64,000 bases of DNA from Octopus vulgaris (lineage: Eukaryota). The stretch lies in NCBI GenBank assembly GCA_951406725.2, contig OX597814.1:66960001-67024000 (forward strand), read 5' to 3'. Both the position numbers and the translations under genes were made by a program. The notes beneath the pieces are model-generated. The model ran no database searches, was not told the DNA's origin, and saw only the letters and a list, made by a program, of their open reading frames with translations. Shown piece by piece: positions 39,542-54,914 of this stretch (the stretch's first letter is position 1; each line of letters starts with the position of its first letter).

Positions 39542-41191
39542 TATGGATGAATGGATGTATGGATAGATGGATGGATGGATGGATAGGAAGTTTTCTCGTT
39601 TCATATTGTAAAAGTTTGTTGTTATTTTTTATTTTATTTTATATTAAGCGGTCCATTCTTGTAAAATTTTGTTATGAATAAGTGATGTATTATTACATTA
39701 CAACGCATCTATTCTTATAAGGCAAACAATTACGAAAAATATAAATATTTTCTAGTTTCCGTCTGCGATATGGTTTTAATCAAACCATCAAACTATCTGA
39801 TGCTAGCATTGTAGTCCAGATTGAGAAACTTTAGTTTCTTTCTCGGGTTCTTGGTATTATATTTACTCTGCTGCCAACAACTACTTTCATTTGTACTTCA
39901 ACGCTATAGGACCGGTCAGCAAGTCGGCATCACTGAGCTTAATGTTGAAAACATTGCCCAATTCCCGACTTCTTCCTGCATCAGCTACAAATTCATGTAC
40001 TTTCTCAAATTTCCTTGAAATCGGAGAAATAGTGAAAATAAGTCTTCTCACAAATATTGTAAATCTTCTCAATAGCACGACACCTCAACACGTGACCTTT
40101 ACTGACGATTCTTTTCAACGTGTGACACTAACAATTCTTTTAGCATTTATTATCATTAGTAGAAGCTAAATCAAAATAATTAATCATTTCAAACTATGAC
40201 TAACACAACATAACGGCAGCATTTCCTGAAACTGTATGTATTCAAATATCTTAGAACGATGTGCAGAATTTAATAGTTCATCAGTAAGTTACATTTGTAT
40301 AAAGGGCATTTTCATCAGAATATTCTTCTGTCTCCAACTAATCAAATTCACAAAAACGTACGGCTTCTTTCAATCTTTCATATCAACGTATAAAATTCCG
40401 ATAGTATCTGCTTCAGAGCCAGAAAACGTTCACTTTCAACAATAAACAGTGTCTTTTTCGGTCTCATTGAGAACAGGATAATTTCTTTTAACTTCCTCCA
40501 ACACTTCCTCAAACAACCATTACGGATGTTTTTTAATATCTTCGTCTTCTGCTTCGGCGACGAAGGTATCAGTGAGAGCCCTTCACTTCCTTAGTCTCGA
40601 GCTGACCAAAAGACATTTTAACCAATCTTCACTTGAATCGGGATCATTCATTACTTATTCTCCAAATCTTAACGCCATTGTAATGTCGCCAATTAGAAAA
40701 AGGAAATTTAACAACACCGAAAAAGACAGTCATGTTATATAGTTTTCATCATATGACCATCAGAGTGGGTCACACGATATCATCAAGCATACACATATGC
40801 AGTTCTACTGTTGAAAAACAACCGCATTACAATATATATATATATATATATATGAGTTAGAAGGGATATATTATCCAGGTGGATACCGTATTAGCACTCA
40901 GTTAAGTTCCAGTTAACGGCTAACCACAACGATCAGTATCTAACATCTGTGACTACATTTAGTTGTTAGTCACTCTGTGAATTCTTCCGATGGGTAATTC
41001 CGTGTACTCTTCGCTGGATAGTAAAAGTTGTCTGAAGAGTATATTCATGATAACAAAGTGTATGGAGACTTGTACATCCACAAAAATTTATTTTATAGTT
41101 ATATACAACATATTATGATGACCTACCACAGAACACTAACTAGCAAGACATGACTTCAATCAGTTCACATCGAGCATGACCAAATTTACGG

Positions 41192-41273
41192 ACCCTGATG
41201 AAGCTGCACCCACCATATTACAAGGATGCAATTGCAACAGTGAGGAGTCGCTGCAATGGAAACATGTGTAGGT
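41192..41273 (+). ncRNA. Hammerhead motif with expanded stem II
   Basis: acc-CTGATGA-agc[tgca...tgca][attgca...tgcaat]g-GAAA-catgtg-TA-ggt. Confidence 0.6.
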
Positions 41274-41339
41274 GATTATAATATGCTGTATACAACTATA
41301 AAATAAATTTTCTGGACGCACAAGACTCCAAACTCTTTA

Positions 41340-41453
<114 letters not shown>

Positions 41454-41514
41454 TACATGTATGTATGTATGTATGTATTATGTATGCATTATACATGTAT
41501 GTATGTATGTATAA

Positions 41515-41932
41515 TGATCCGAATCCACTACGGTGACGTTGTCGGTATATGCCGACAAGCATCTCCCACATCTCACGCATCTCACGCGGGATGCCTATCA
41601 ACGCCTCCAATTTGTGTAGTAGTGGTTCGAAAGTTAGTACGTACAAGAGAGGCGAAAGGGGACAATCTTGCAGGACCAAACGCATGATGTTGAACGGCCC
41701 TGAGTGGTGACCGTTCACTCTGAACACTGAACAGATGTGGCTGTGCATTGCAGCGATCCATCACCTGAATACAAGCCCGATACCAGCTTCCTTGAGGACC
41801 GCCGGTATAAATGGTCGACCCTATCGAAAGCTTTAGACTGATCTAAATTGATCAGGGCCCCACTCATTCCATGTACTTCGGCCATTTTCTCAATGATGTA
41901 TCGCATGAGGTGGAGGTTGTCGTGGATCAAAT
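41515..41932 (-). mobile_element. Tx1/L1-clade RT fragment
   Basis: IHDNLHLMRYIIE...GALINLDQSKAFDRVDH...RVNGHHSGPF...QDCPLSPLLYVLTFEPLL, frameshifted. Confidence 0.88.
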
Positions 41933-42550
41933 GCACACTAACTTTTCTTAATTTTCGTTTAGTTGTCCAATTTTAAAATTTAAATTCTGTTGTTTCTTTG
42001 AAATTCTACAATTATCTAACATGATTACCTTTCAAGTATCAAACACTCATACCTAAGATTACTTCAGTCTCTTCACATTCAGAAAGAAAGAGATCATAGC
42101 GTCCAGCAATTTAAATCAAGAAAAACACAAGGCCATATACATTTCATTATAAGTCATATCAGCGTCTTGGTCAAATACTTTATATATATCATTTGTTATG
42201 TAACCGGATGTAGTTGGTTTTCGTAATAATCAGCCCTAACCACTCCTAAATTTCATATTAGTTTAATCACAATATAAGGATGCTATTATCTACACGAACA
42301 ACGATAATTAATAAGCATTTTGTGAAATTAATAATTTCATCCCTATTTTCATATATATATAAATATATATATAATGGAAATTAAAGGAACTACGCCTAGT
42401 ATGAATGTAATAAAGACTTTATTGTTGTGTAATTTAAAGCAAAGATAATGAAAAACTGACGAGATTTAGACAAATATTTTACAAATAATATACAAATTTA
42501 TATTACTCCCTACCAAGATCAGTTAGAAAATTTAGGATAGTATCTAATAG

Positions 42551-43267
42551 GAGGGAGAGTCGAAAATTATTCGCACACTTGTTTGTTGAATGTACTTATA
42601 CAAAAGCAGGGGATAAACAAGTACGTAATTTTTCTATATAGTTTCCTTCTTTTTCGATGCACTTGATCCAGCGGTCCACAAGCTTGCGTATTCCCGCCCA
42701 AGAAAAAATGGTTTTTGGTTGATCGTGCAACTATTTATGCACCGCTTCCTTCACATCTTCAACCGTAAGAAATCAACGACCTAGTAAACCATCTTTGAGC
42801 GGTCCAAAGATATGTTAGTCGGAAGGAGTGAGATCTGGACTGTAGGCAAAGTGTTCCAGCACCTCAAAACCCAATTAGTTAATGGTTTCCACGGTCTGGG
42901 TACTCGTGTGTGGTCGTGCATTCACTTGCAACAACAAAATTTTCTTCGACAGTAGGCGTCGGCGTTTGGTGCGAACTATTAGCTTCAGTTTGTTAGCCAA
43001 CAAAGCACTGTATCTTGCAATGTTGATCGTACCACCCCTTTTCCAGAGAAATTGGATCACTGTTCTTTGTTCTGCTTTGGTGCACATTGCTAGTGGAGCG
43101 ACCATGTTTACACTGTAAAGCCAGAAAGAAAACTATCGCAATCAGGCTCTAACTTCGATCACGTGACTACAATAGTCCCAACTATAAGCACGCGTGCGCA
43201 GAAGGTAGTGTGATAACAATAAAGATGTGTTATGGTGAAAGTGCGGATAATTTTTGACTTCTACTTG
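42551..43267 (-). mobile_element. Internally deleted mariner
   Basis: CTKAEQRTVIQFLW is fused to GTINIARYSALL...LLLQVNARPHT. Imperfect TIRs GTCGAAAATTATTCGCAC and GTGCGGATAATTTTTGAC. Confidence 0.88.
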
Positions 43268-44019
43268 CATTAACATTAACAAAACACTTTATTTGCTCTG
43301 GTGTAATAGATTTCTAATGCAGAGTCAGTGTAATGATGTTCAATGCTGTAATTCTTGCTCTCCCAGTGACCTACTTAACATAATTGTTGGGTGGTAAAAG
43401 TTAAAAGTAGCAGACACATTCACTTTGTGCAGACTGAGTCATACAATACTGCAGCTATGCCAGAAAATATTATCATCATTATTGGCATTTAGAATGTTGT
43501 CAATCGCTGTCAGTTATCTACCAGTATAACAGTGAGGCCGAAGGAAAATCAACAGTTAGAGATGAGATCAACGATGTTCAGGGCATACTCTGGTTGTCAA
43601 TGAACAAAAACAGAGAGGCTTTCTTGAGAAAAGTTGCAGCTCGATTGCTATGAAAAAGATTCCAAAAATCTTACTGTGATGGTGTAGTCAGTGGGGTTGG
43701 TGGGCTTTGCCAGTTCGGGATAAACATTCCAGGCATAACAATTCCGTAACACTGACTCGTCCAAGATATACACAGGACAACGAAACAGTCTTCCATGCAT
43801 AGTGAAGGGTCAGAGCATCGCTGACTCCTAAATGATGTCGATCAGCTGTTTTTAAATGTCAGATGGGTCTTGCAGTCAGTCTGATCCGTTGTGAAGATAT
43901 TCCGCTGCCTTTCTTATCTAGACAGAGACAGGCAGTTTTCTTCTAGTCTGCTGTGGTGAAAGAGGTAGTGTTGCTAGATAATGTAAAGATTTTCCAAATA
44001 TATATATATACATATATAT

Positions 44020-45511
44020 TAGGATGGAGCGAAATATGTAACTTTTGGAATTGGTAACCAAGAATCAATATTTTATTGCGAATTAGGGTTAAAAGAAAGG
44101 TGTATTAAGAACTTTGCGGTTAAATGTTTTTCAGGCTCTGCAATTGAAAATTTTTTAAATCGCAGTTTTTGGTCGAATTTTGGATTTCATGGACTATAGG
44201 TCGTAACGAATAAATATTTCTACATAGCAGAATGCAAAACAGTAAATATAGTATCCTTAAGAGGTTGCATACCAAATTTCAATACAATTGACTAATATAT
44301 CTTGAGGTTCCACATTGACTACAAAGACAACAGGAGTATGAACGTCTCTCCAGTGCTGCTGCGACGGTCGTTGCGTTTGGACGTAAGTCGAACGTGTGTG
44401 AAGTTTTCTACTTTGTACCTTGACTTTAAGCCATTGCATTAATATTAATGATCATGTTAAATTTAGTTTTGTTTACATTTAGTGATGACTCATAAGCCAA
44501 TAACGTGTCATGATATTGAATGTCCAATATTTGGTACCCCATGTGATCTTAGCGAATGAGTTTTGCCAACTTACAAGGACGTTTTATTTGAAAGAGAAAA
44601 AGAAAAGAATGTAGTTAAGAAAAATCCTTCAATTAAATAAATTTTCAAGATTGTAGCAGAAAAGATAATTCTTCTTTAGCAAAAGGCATCTATCCCTTGT
44701 GTTACCATTAAGTCAGTTAAACCGAAAATCTTAAACTTTAGTACTAAGCATTACTAAAGTCTGTGAAGAATAGAAAAATATGTGCCATCGTTTCAAACAA
44801 AGTGTTTAAAAACAATGCAACAAAAGATTTATTTGACATTTCCTGTTGCAAGTGCAACTCCTTTAAAAATTGCAGTTGTAGTAGAACTAAGAAAAGGACC
44901 ACAGAGAGAATAAGATTTTTTACAGGATCAACGGACAAATAAAAAAAATGATCATTGGCGAAATGGATCAAGCAGTATCTAAACAGAACGTTTAGATGTT
45001 AATTAGAAAGAATCAGCCAGATCACTGTCGCCCTTCTACGTCAGCAAAGGAAAGTTTAACATTTTCGGTCTAACTAACTCAATCGTAACACGAGGGATGA
45101 ATGCCTTTTGCTAAAGAAGAATTATCTTTTCTGCTACAATCTTGACAATTTGTTTAATTCATTTTAATGTGTGAGTAGTCTAGACTTCATGTAACAATAA
45201 TAAAGAAAACAAAGTCGAAAAGTTAATTTATTTCACATAATTTCGAAATTCTTGATTTTGAATGCTTTTGCAAAAGAAAAGCAATTCGTAACAATGAATG
45301 TAAAAAATAAAATGAGGAATGCAAACGTGCTATGCATTGATTTTTCGCTCATTATTCAAACTTTCAAGTGGGCTGCGAAGCCTGAAGATGTAAATTTAAG
45401 AACTTCAGATTTTAAAACAGACGTTTTTAAAGGATTTCTCAATACAGAAATATATTCTTCAAAACATATTTCGAAAATCTGTGTAAAAAGTACCTTTCTC
45501 GCTCCACTTTA
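44020..45511 (+). mobile_element. Internally deleted DNA transposon, probably hATm-like
   Basis: Ends TAGGATGGAGCGAAA and TCTCGCTCCACTTTA, with 8-bp flanks ATATATAT/ATATACAT. Remnant CPIFGTPCDL..VLPTYKDV...QKASIP...LFDISCCKCNSFKNCSC...FLQDQRT. The subfamily call is from memory. Confidence 0.7.
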
Positions 45512-45513
45512 AT

Positions 45514-45628
<115 letters not shown>

Positions 45629-45689
45629 GTGTATGTATGTTTAGGTATATATATGTGTATGTGTGTGTGCGTGTGTATATATGTATATG

Positions 45690-45721
<32 letters not shown>

Positions 45722-46197
45722 TGTATGTATGTATGTATGTATGTATGTATGTATGTATGTATATATTGCAAACCTTCCAGGGTGTGCACAGACGTATATT
45801 CAGAATTCAAAGAAGGCCTCAAAAGACATGTTAACAGTGTTTTAACACTACAAACTTCATCAGTAACAAACACGTAAGAATCTTATATCTCTTTTCAACG
45901 ACTTCTATGACGGCCTTCACAAATGCGACTACACACACCATACTGTACGTCTCACTCTCAGTTCAATTGCTATCCCACAGGGGTGTCAGGAGCGCAGCAC
46001 AACGTATATACATACACACACATACATATATATATATGTATGTATGTATCTATGTATGCATGTATTAATTTCTTTATGCCAAGGACCTATAATCCTTTAA
46101 GGGATGTTTGCATCCTAGTTCTCCGGTTTTTACGAAGGTCTTGTGAAAAACTATGTGCGTTATCTTTGTATCGATGGATATGGATACATAAATTCTT

Positions 46198-46452
46198 TAT
46201 GAATAAGAAAAAAAGAAAATTGAGAAATTGACTTATAGATGTCAGTTTATTCAAATATATTCAAATCAATATAATATGAAATTCTTAGTCCTACAGAATT
46301 TCCATAACTAATTGATTCAATTAAATAAATTAAATTAAATTAAATTAAATTAAATGTAGGGATAAGAATTTCGTATTATATTGATTTGAATATCTTTGAA
46401 TAAACTGATATCTATATGCCAATTTCTCCATTTTCTTCCTTTTCTCATTCAT
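46198..46452. repeat. Fold-back, ~95-bp imperfect arms
   Basis: GAGAAATTG...TCAGTTTATTCAAA...TCAATATAATA.GAAATTCTTA and its reverse complement surround a (TAAAT)n-containing loop. Confidence 0.85.
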
Positions 46453-46585
46453 ATATAAAGAGATAGAGAGAGAGATACATGTGTATATATAAATACACAT
46501 ACGTATGTGTATGTATATACATATGTGGGTGTATATACATATATGTGTATGTGTATAGATATAAATATATACATACATGTATGCG

Positions 46586-46626
<41 letters not shown>

Positions 46627-46643
46627 GTGTATGTGAATATATA

Positions 46644-46703
<60 letters not shown>

Positions 46704-46706
<3 letters not shown>

Positions 46707-46989
46707 GGGTGCAATGGCCCAGTGGTTAGAGCAGCGGACTCGCGTTCGTAGGATCACCAGACCGAGCGTTGTGAGTGTTTATTGAGCGAAAACACCTAAA
46801 GCTCCACGAGGCTCCGGCAGGGGGTGGTGGTGATCCCTGCTGTACTCTTTCGCCGCAACTGTCTCTCACTCTTTCTTCTGTTGGCCTGCTCGCTTAGCCA
46901 GCAGGGTGGCGTCAGTTGAAGGCTAAAACAATGTGAAGCACATTGTGACCAGCGATGTGTAGCAACATCTGATAGCCTGGTCGGTCACG

Positions 46990-46993
<4 letters not shown>
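46704..46993 (+). mobile_element. SINE family C
   Basis: Colinear with 31062-31360, with a small deletion across the B-box. Confidence 0.9.
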
Positions 46994-47043
<50 letters not shown>

Positions 47044-47064
47044 ATACATACATACAAGTGTATG

Positions 47065-47123
<59 letters not shown>

Positions 47124-47599
47124 GAGAGAGAGAGAGACAGACAGAGACAGAGAGAGAGAGGAATAATAGAGCTCACAAAAGTGACAGAAGGTACTCACTA
47201 ACACTGTTTTTGCTTAACATAAGAGTTAAATTAACTCAAAGCCACAAATGCAATGCCTTAAGAAACTGAGAAAGGGAGATACGTCCCCAGCATATATAGA
47301 TGAATCGTGATTTCGGATTTTCCTATGTTCTATATACTCTGGAAACGCATTAAAGCCCTTTTCGGGGCTACTTTATTTGAATTCTTATTATCGGGTAACG
47401 AATTTCATGTTATTACATAACTGACTTCACAATTTGGGTATTTATAACTTAGGAATTCCTAAGAACAAGATCCTGTATAAGTTCGGTATTCTCTGTAAAT
47501 GCACAAAGCCGTTTTAAGAGCTACATACATGTATCGTTGTTATTGGATTAGCGAAACAATTGTGTATATATAAATATATATTTTGCAGTAGTCTTTCAA

Positions 47600-48090
47600 A
47601 TAGCTGTTGAAGATTGCACTGAAGGGGTCTATATGAAATATAAGACAACAGGAAAACTGTTCAATCTCAAAAGACTCTATGCTAAAACGAAAGTTCTGCA
47701 TTCTCACCTCGTTGAGTTCTTGTATGCAGACGATTGTGACCTGTTGGCACATTCTCAGAAAGATATGCAGCACATGTTGAATGCGATTTCTGCAGCATGT
47801 GCAGCATTGGGCCCAACGATCAATCTAAAAAAAACTATTATAATGTACCAGCCTGCTCCCTCCAAGATGTATGTGGAACCTTTTATAACTGTGAATGGTC
47901 AAAAGTTGGAGACTGTCTCTAGATTTATTTATTTAGGAAGTACCTTGAGCACTGGTGGTCTTGAGGAAATTTCATACAGAATCAGCAGGGCTAGTAGTGC
48001 ATTTGGTCGGTTTGATAGGCGTCTGTTGAAACAACATATTATATATTTTCACAAATTAAAGTTAAGGTATATAACACGTGCGTCCTCCCA
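47600..48090 (+). mobile_element. RTE-BovB-like LINE RT fragment
   Basis: GKLFNLKRLYAKTKV...FLYADDCDL...INLKKTIIMYQPAP...FIYLGSTLS...RISRASSAFGR. Confidence 0.92.
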
Positions 48091-48140
48091 TACATATATG
48101 CATATATACGCATGATATATGTATATATATATAAATACGC

Positions 48141-48190
<50 letters not shown>

Positions 48191-48382
48191 ATGATCGCCT
48201 GGGGCTAAATGCATCAGTAACACCCCCACCGCCCTGCCCTGTCCCTAGCCACATTCAGATGGCTAACGTCCCTTATGTTATATATATATATATATGTATG
48301 TACTTATGTGTATATGTATATATATATAAATATATATACATATATATATATATACTTATATATATATGTATATATATATATA

Positions 48383-48442
<60 letters not shown>

Positions 48443-48534
48443 AATATACGCATATATATAAATATATATATATTACGGAGATGTACTTGCATAGCAAGTG
48501 ATCTGATCTGAGATCGTGTGCTGGAACGAAAACA

Positions 48535-49478
<944 letters not shown>

Positions 49479-49507
49479 CATAGATCTATATTACAAATAT
49501 ATATTTA

Positions 49508-50361
49508 CAGGCTGTTCGAGCAAAATTTGATTTTTGTCTCCTTTTCTCAGGGAAAGCTTGATGTATTGGTGAACAGTCAACGGTGTTGGAGAACATAAAG
49601 ATGAGAGTTATGGTTGAGAATAAGTTAGCTAATATGGATGACTGGAAACCATCTGAATATTGGAAAAGCGTTGCTTAAATCATAATGATTTGCGCCGAGT
49701 ATCAAAATGCCAACATCATGACAGATGCTCAATGCTCTGTAAACACTGTAAGGGTTGTATGAAATGACACGGTGAGCTGCAACGGAGACTACAATTCCAT
49801 GGCGAGTAGGAAGGGGCACAGTAACTGTCCTGAGTGTGTCCAGACGCCAGAATTCGTTCCTACATATTTGAACACGGTCTTAGGCTAAATTCGGACGGCT
49901 ATGTGAAAGTGCTGGAGACTATTCAATGCTTGACTGGAGAGATTTCTGTTAGAAGCCATATGTGTGACAGCAGGATTCGGCTCCTTGCCATGCCTCCAGA
50001 AATAGTCAAAACGGTTATCGGAGCATTTTTCCAATTTCCGGTCTCCTAATTCCCCTGAGTGTAATCACGAGTTACTGTGTGGGGCGCGATTGAGAAAGAC
50101 ACCAACTGCTCTTCTTGCAACACCAAGGTCAAGCTGATGCCCAAGATCAAGGAGATGTTCGAAAATCTTCCCAGAGACACAGTGAAAAACGCATGCGCCT
50201 GGTTCCAAAACTGTCTTGAGGCCGTGCTTAAACTGAAAGCGGCTACTTTGAGTAAACTCTGTAATCTGGTTGATACGATGTGATTGTTAAAAATACTTTT
50301 ATTTTTGGGTGGGAAATACTTTCCTTTTATGTAAACTGTCAAATTTAGCTCGAATACCCTG
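49508..50361 (+). mobile_element. Deleted Tc1/mariner-superfamily element (maT-like)
   Basis: TA|CAGGCTGTTCGAGCAAAATTTGA and TCAAATTTAGCTCGAATACCCTG|TA. Remnant YCVWGAIEKDTN...DTVKNACAWFQNCLEAVL. Confidence 0.85.
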
Positions 50362-50369
50362 TACTATAA

Positions 50370-50433
<64 letters not shown>

Positions 50434-50930
50434 CGTGCATGTTTGTGTGTGTGTTTATGTTGTAAGAGATATGTCGTCAGTAACTTTTGACACACCTAGA
50501 CTAGACAATTGCAATTGCACAATATAACACTGTGCTAGTGTAAAAACAACAAAAATGTATTATACGGCCTAATTTAAAACAGTAGTCGGTATTGATAGTG
50601 TAATAAATAACTAGCAGAACACTCGTCTACTAAATTACATTCATAATGCATGGTCACACTGTGCAACATACATTGACCGTTGCCTCAGGTAACACCAAAT
50701 CTCGTCAATGAAATAGTGTAGACGGTAAAGTGTAGAATTCTGTCGGGAGGACTTTATATAAAAGACGAAGATCTACCTTTGACACACGCTGAATGTCGTT
50801 TCTTTTTTTTTTTTCTTTAGGATTATATTAACTCTACATTTGCCGGCTGAATACTCAGTCGCTTACACTGTAATTTGATAATCTGGTAGTTCAGTTGAGA
50901 ATATATCCGATATATATATATATATATATA

Positions 50931-51754
50931 CAATCTTGGCCAAAAGTATTAGGCCACCCTAATGTTTTGGGGTTCTGCTATCTCAATGTTAATGAAACTC
51001 GAGCACATGGTAGATTGTGATATATTTCACAATATACATTAGTTTTAATATCTGGCTGACTCTCTTTTAGCATCAAATACCGCTTTTATACGGTTAGACA
51101 TTGAATCAACTAGTTTCTTGCAGGTTCTAAGCGCAATTTTACTCCATTCTTCTCTCAACTTTTAGTGCAAATGCTCTTTATCTTTAATTGTTGTGTTCCT
51201 GATAGTTTCACCCAGTGTTCCCCATAGGTGTTCAATCGGATTTAGATCGGGACTTTGAGCTGGTCAGTCCATAGGAACAATATCCTGTGTCTCAAACCAT
51301 TGATGAGCATTCTTTGCTGTATGACCAAGGCTGTATATAACACTGTTTTTCGACACTTCTCGATGCAATTTCGCAATTGATGGCTCTAAACATCTGATGA
51401 CATAGAAACATAGGTAGCTGACTTTATCCTTCCTTGACATAAAAAAATTTCTCCGGGTCCTGTGGCAGACATGCAGGTCCACACCATGATAGAACCACTC
51501 CCATGTTTTATGGTTGGTACCAGACATTCAGCCTTAAATGCTTCCCCAACTCTGCGATGCACGAAAGTTGCACCAGATGTACCGAAAACCCGAAGAAAAA
51601 CATGAAAAATAATATTAGCTTTATGTTGAATACTAATGCATATTAATGCATATTGTGAAATATACCATAATCTACCATGTGCATGAGTATCATTAACATT
51701 GAGATAGCAGAGCCCCAGAACAGTGGGGTGGCCTAATACTTTTGGCCAACGCTG
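50931..51754 (-). mobile_element. Internally deleted Tc1 with ~115-bp TIRs
   Basis: TTGGCCAAAAGTATTAGGCCACCC... is inverted at the right end. Remnant PTIKHGSGSIMVW...D*PAQSPDLNPIEHLW. Confidence 0.92.
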
Positions 51755-51783
51755 CATATATATACATATATATATATATATAT

Positions 51784-51962
51784 GCGCGGGCGTGGTTGTG
51801 TGGTAAGAAGTTTGCTTCCCAACCACATGATCCTGGATTCAGTCCCATTGCGTGGCACCTTAGGCAATTGTCTACTATAACCTCGAGCTGACCAAAGCTT
51901 TGTGAGTGGTTCTGGTAGACGGAAACCGAAACAAGCCCGTCGCATATACCTGTGTCTAAGCG

Positions 51963-52055
<93 letters not shown>

Positions 52056-52245
52056 GTGTGTGTGTGTGTGTGATTGCTCCCCACCACCGATTGTCGACCG
52101 GTGTTGATGTGCTTACGTTTCCGTAACTTAACGATTCGACAAAACTGGCCGATGAAATAAGTACCTGGTTTAAAAAGAAAATAAGTCCTGGGAGTCGATT
52201 AGTTTGATTAAAATTCCTCATTCCGCAGTCTAATGACTGAATCAA
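51784..52245 (+). mobile_element. SINE family A
   Basis: Colinear with the other A copies, with an internal (TG)n expansion. Confidence 0.88.
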
Positions 52246-52254
52246 AAAAAAAAA

Positions 52255-52370
<116 letters not shown>

Positions 52371-52702
52371 GCGAAAACATATATTCCATGAATTTCATCC
52401 AGACTTGTTTATCATTTTCCATCTATAAGAAGTGACTCGCTTCATAAAATTTCTAAAAAGAATGAAATGGTGTTATTTATGATTACCACTGAATAGAAAT
52501 GTAAAGAACTTCGCAACAAGCATATAAAAAATACATAATATTCTGGGCATCTTATTCCTTAAGTTCAAATTCAAACTTGCAATCCCGCCAAATATGAAGA
52601 AATGACCCTCTCTCACACACACACGCATATACACACGCGCACGCATGCACTCAAACGCACATATGCATGCATTCATATATAGCAAACACACATACCTGCA
52701 TA

Positions 52703-52748
<46 letters not shown>

Positions 52749-53423
52749 TATTACTAACTTGCCGTAGAGAAGCTTAAAAGTTTTCGTGTAAGCCAGCGAC
52801 TCATTGAAGGATACAACAACAGGGCGTTTCATATGTAGCTACGTGATTGGGTGTATTTATGACGTGTTATACCATATCACCGAAGAAGTACGCCAATGTA
52901 GTTGTGGATGCCTGCATAAGAATAACATGCTCAGTAATCAACGTAATAAAGGAGACAGCGACTTTTACCTTACTGAATACTGGAGCTGAACTCCAGCTAT
53001 CAAAGCAATTGTTAATGTTACAGCACTGCAACTGGACATCTAGTTTCTCCTACCTTGCAGTATTTATTGGACAGCCGACCTCTCCTGTACTTGTCTGAAA
53101 ACTTATCCAGATGGCCAAATGTGCTATCTGTGTGTGTGTGTGTGTGTGTGTGTGCGCAGGCGCATGTGTGCATGCGTTCCTGAAACAAAAAACAAAGTAG
53201 AGAACTGTGTTTTGTTGTGAATAACAGGAACGTATTTTGGCTTATTATTTCATAAATTAAGCCTAGCAACACATGCCATCAATCAACCAGATTTTTAAAT
53301 CTTGACATTATTGCGTAACAAAGATACCAGTAAAATGAAAGTTTAATTTTTTCAATACGGAAAATGATGGAATTTTAAAATATATAATCTGTGAATATTA
53401 CCATTTTTTTGTTTTTTTTTCAG

Positions 53424-53516
53424 CAGTCAGACAGGAATTTTGTTCTTCCTCTCCTTACCAACGAGCAGATTACGCTGTTAACTCGCGTACTGAAACACTC
53501 GCCTACGATTGTGAAG
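53424..53516 (+). CDS. Candidate internal coding exon of an unidentified host gene
   Basis: Strong acceptor TTTTTTTGTTTTTTTTTCAG and donor AAG|GTGAAT. It is 93 nt (frame-preserving), non-repetitive and GC-richer than the flanks, with two open frames. Confidence 0.6.
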
Positions 53517-54804
53517 GTGAATATTTAGTTTCGGTTTTTAGAAAAGAATGTCTATCCACGTTTCTTTTTCTACTATCTTTTGCTTCTATCGGATCGTCGA
53601 TAGAGAGATTTTATCAAGCTCCTAATTTCAAAATGCTAAAACTAATATGACGCACTTCATGTGGAAACAAGGCAAAAATTTAAGTTTGAGATATGAACTT
53701 GATTCGAAATTATAGAAAGATATTGTGCCATGTAATTCAGTTTGAATTTTTGTGAGTGAATGTGCCATGTTATAATTTTATTTTGTTACTGAACGTGTGA
53801 TTCTTCCAAATCCTTTCAGATTAAATATTTCACGGAACATGCGATCAAAGAAAAAGAGGTTGGAATATATCTCAAGTAAGAAAGAATTAGATAAAGGGTC
53901 TAATACATAGGGACTGATATACGGACTGGGGCGTCGATAGAAACTTGACTGTATGATTTTTCACAGAATGTGTCAGAATAAATCAAATTTTAAACATTTG
54001 TAGAAGATATAATATTCTGTAACTAATATGTACTTTATGCTGTGCATAAAAATAATTAAACTGTGCACAAAATGTTTTGTAAGTTCTGTACTCGTTTACA
54101 TAAACAAGATGGTTCACAAAATTGAACTTTATATATTATTTTTAATATCATTTTAGTTTTTAGAAGTTAAGGGATAAACGCCGAAATTATTTTATTTCCT
54201 TGCTTACATCTTCTCATTGATTCGGTGTGCATATATATTTTGTCATTAGAGAAAAAGTTTGGCATGAGAACATAGAAACTGAGTGGCACTGATGGAATTA
54301 TCAATCCAGAACTCCACTAGCGGCATCTTATTGCCGGCACTGCCTCTGTAGCAAAGACTAAAGGCACTTCATTTCTAATGAGCAAGTGTACAAAGCTGAA
54401 AGCAGGTATCATGAATATCGTGAATGGTTCTCTGTGAAAAAAATGAATGAGTATTTCGTCAGATTTCTGTGCTGAGTTCAAAAACTCAACTCCGAACCCA
54501 TTTAACCTTTTTTTTACCACTGCGCCAGTATATAATATAAAATGCTTAAAAACGCCAACGCAATATAAAGTGTATCACATATATTCCATGATAAGCAATC
54601 AATATTTTCGGTTGACCGATTTCAGTTTGAAAATATCAGGAGTGGGGTATAAGGAAGTAAAGGATTTAGAGAATTGTAAAAAGCAAATTAAACTTGCAAT
54701 TTATTTTTTTTAATGTTAAAAAGCTTAACTATCCTACAACAAAGTTTCAAACTAAAATGACATCAGGAATACCTAAACTAATGGCTTTCAAACTGACTCC
54801 GATC

Positions 54805-54864
<60 letters not shown>

Positions 54865-54914
54865 TAGCTGAAGGTGACCCGCTCTACGTGCGGGTAAGAG
54901 TGTGGTTGTTACTT

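Noticed and set aside
39700-40700. Coding-like minus-strand stretch (likewise ~26800-27520, ~35480-36130 and ~37300-38650)
   Set aside because: Probably ancient TE remnants, but I could not read enough diagnostic motifs to name them.
41515-41932. Tx1 fragment as the proven partner of the 13.7-kb retroposon
   Set aside because: The fragment lacks a 3' UTR, so tail sharing cannot be tested here.
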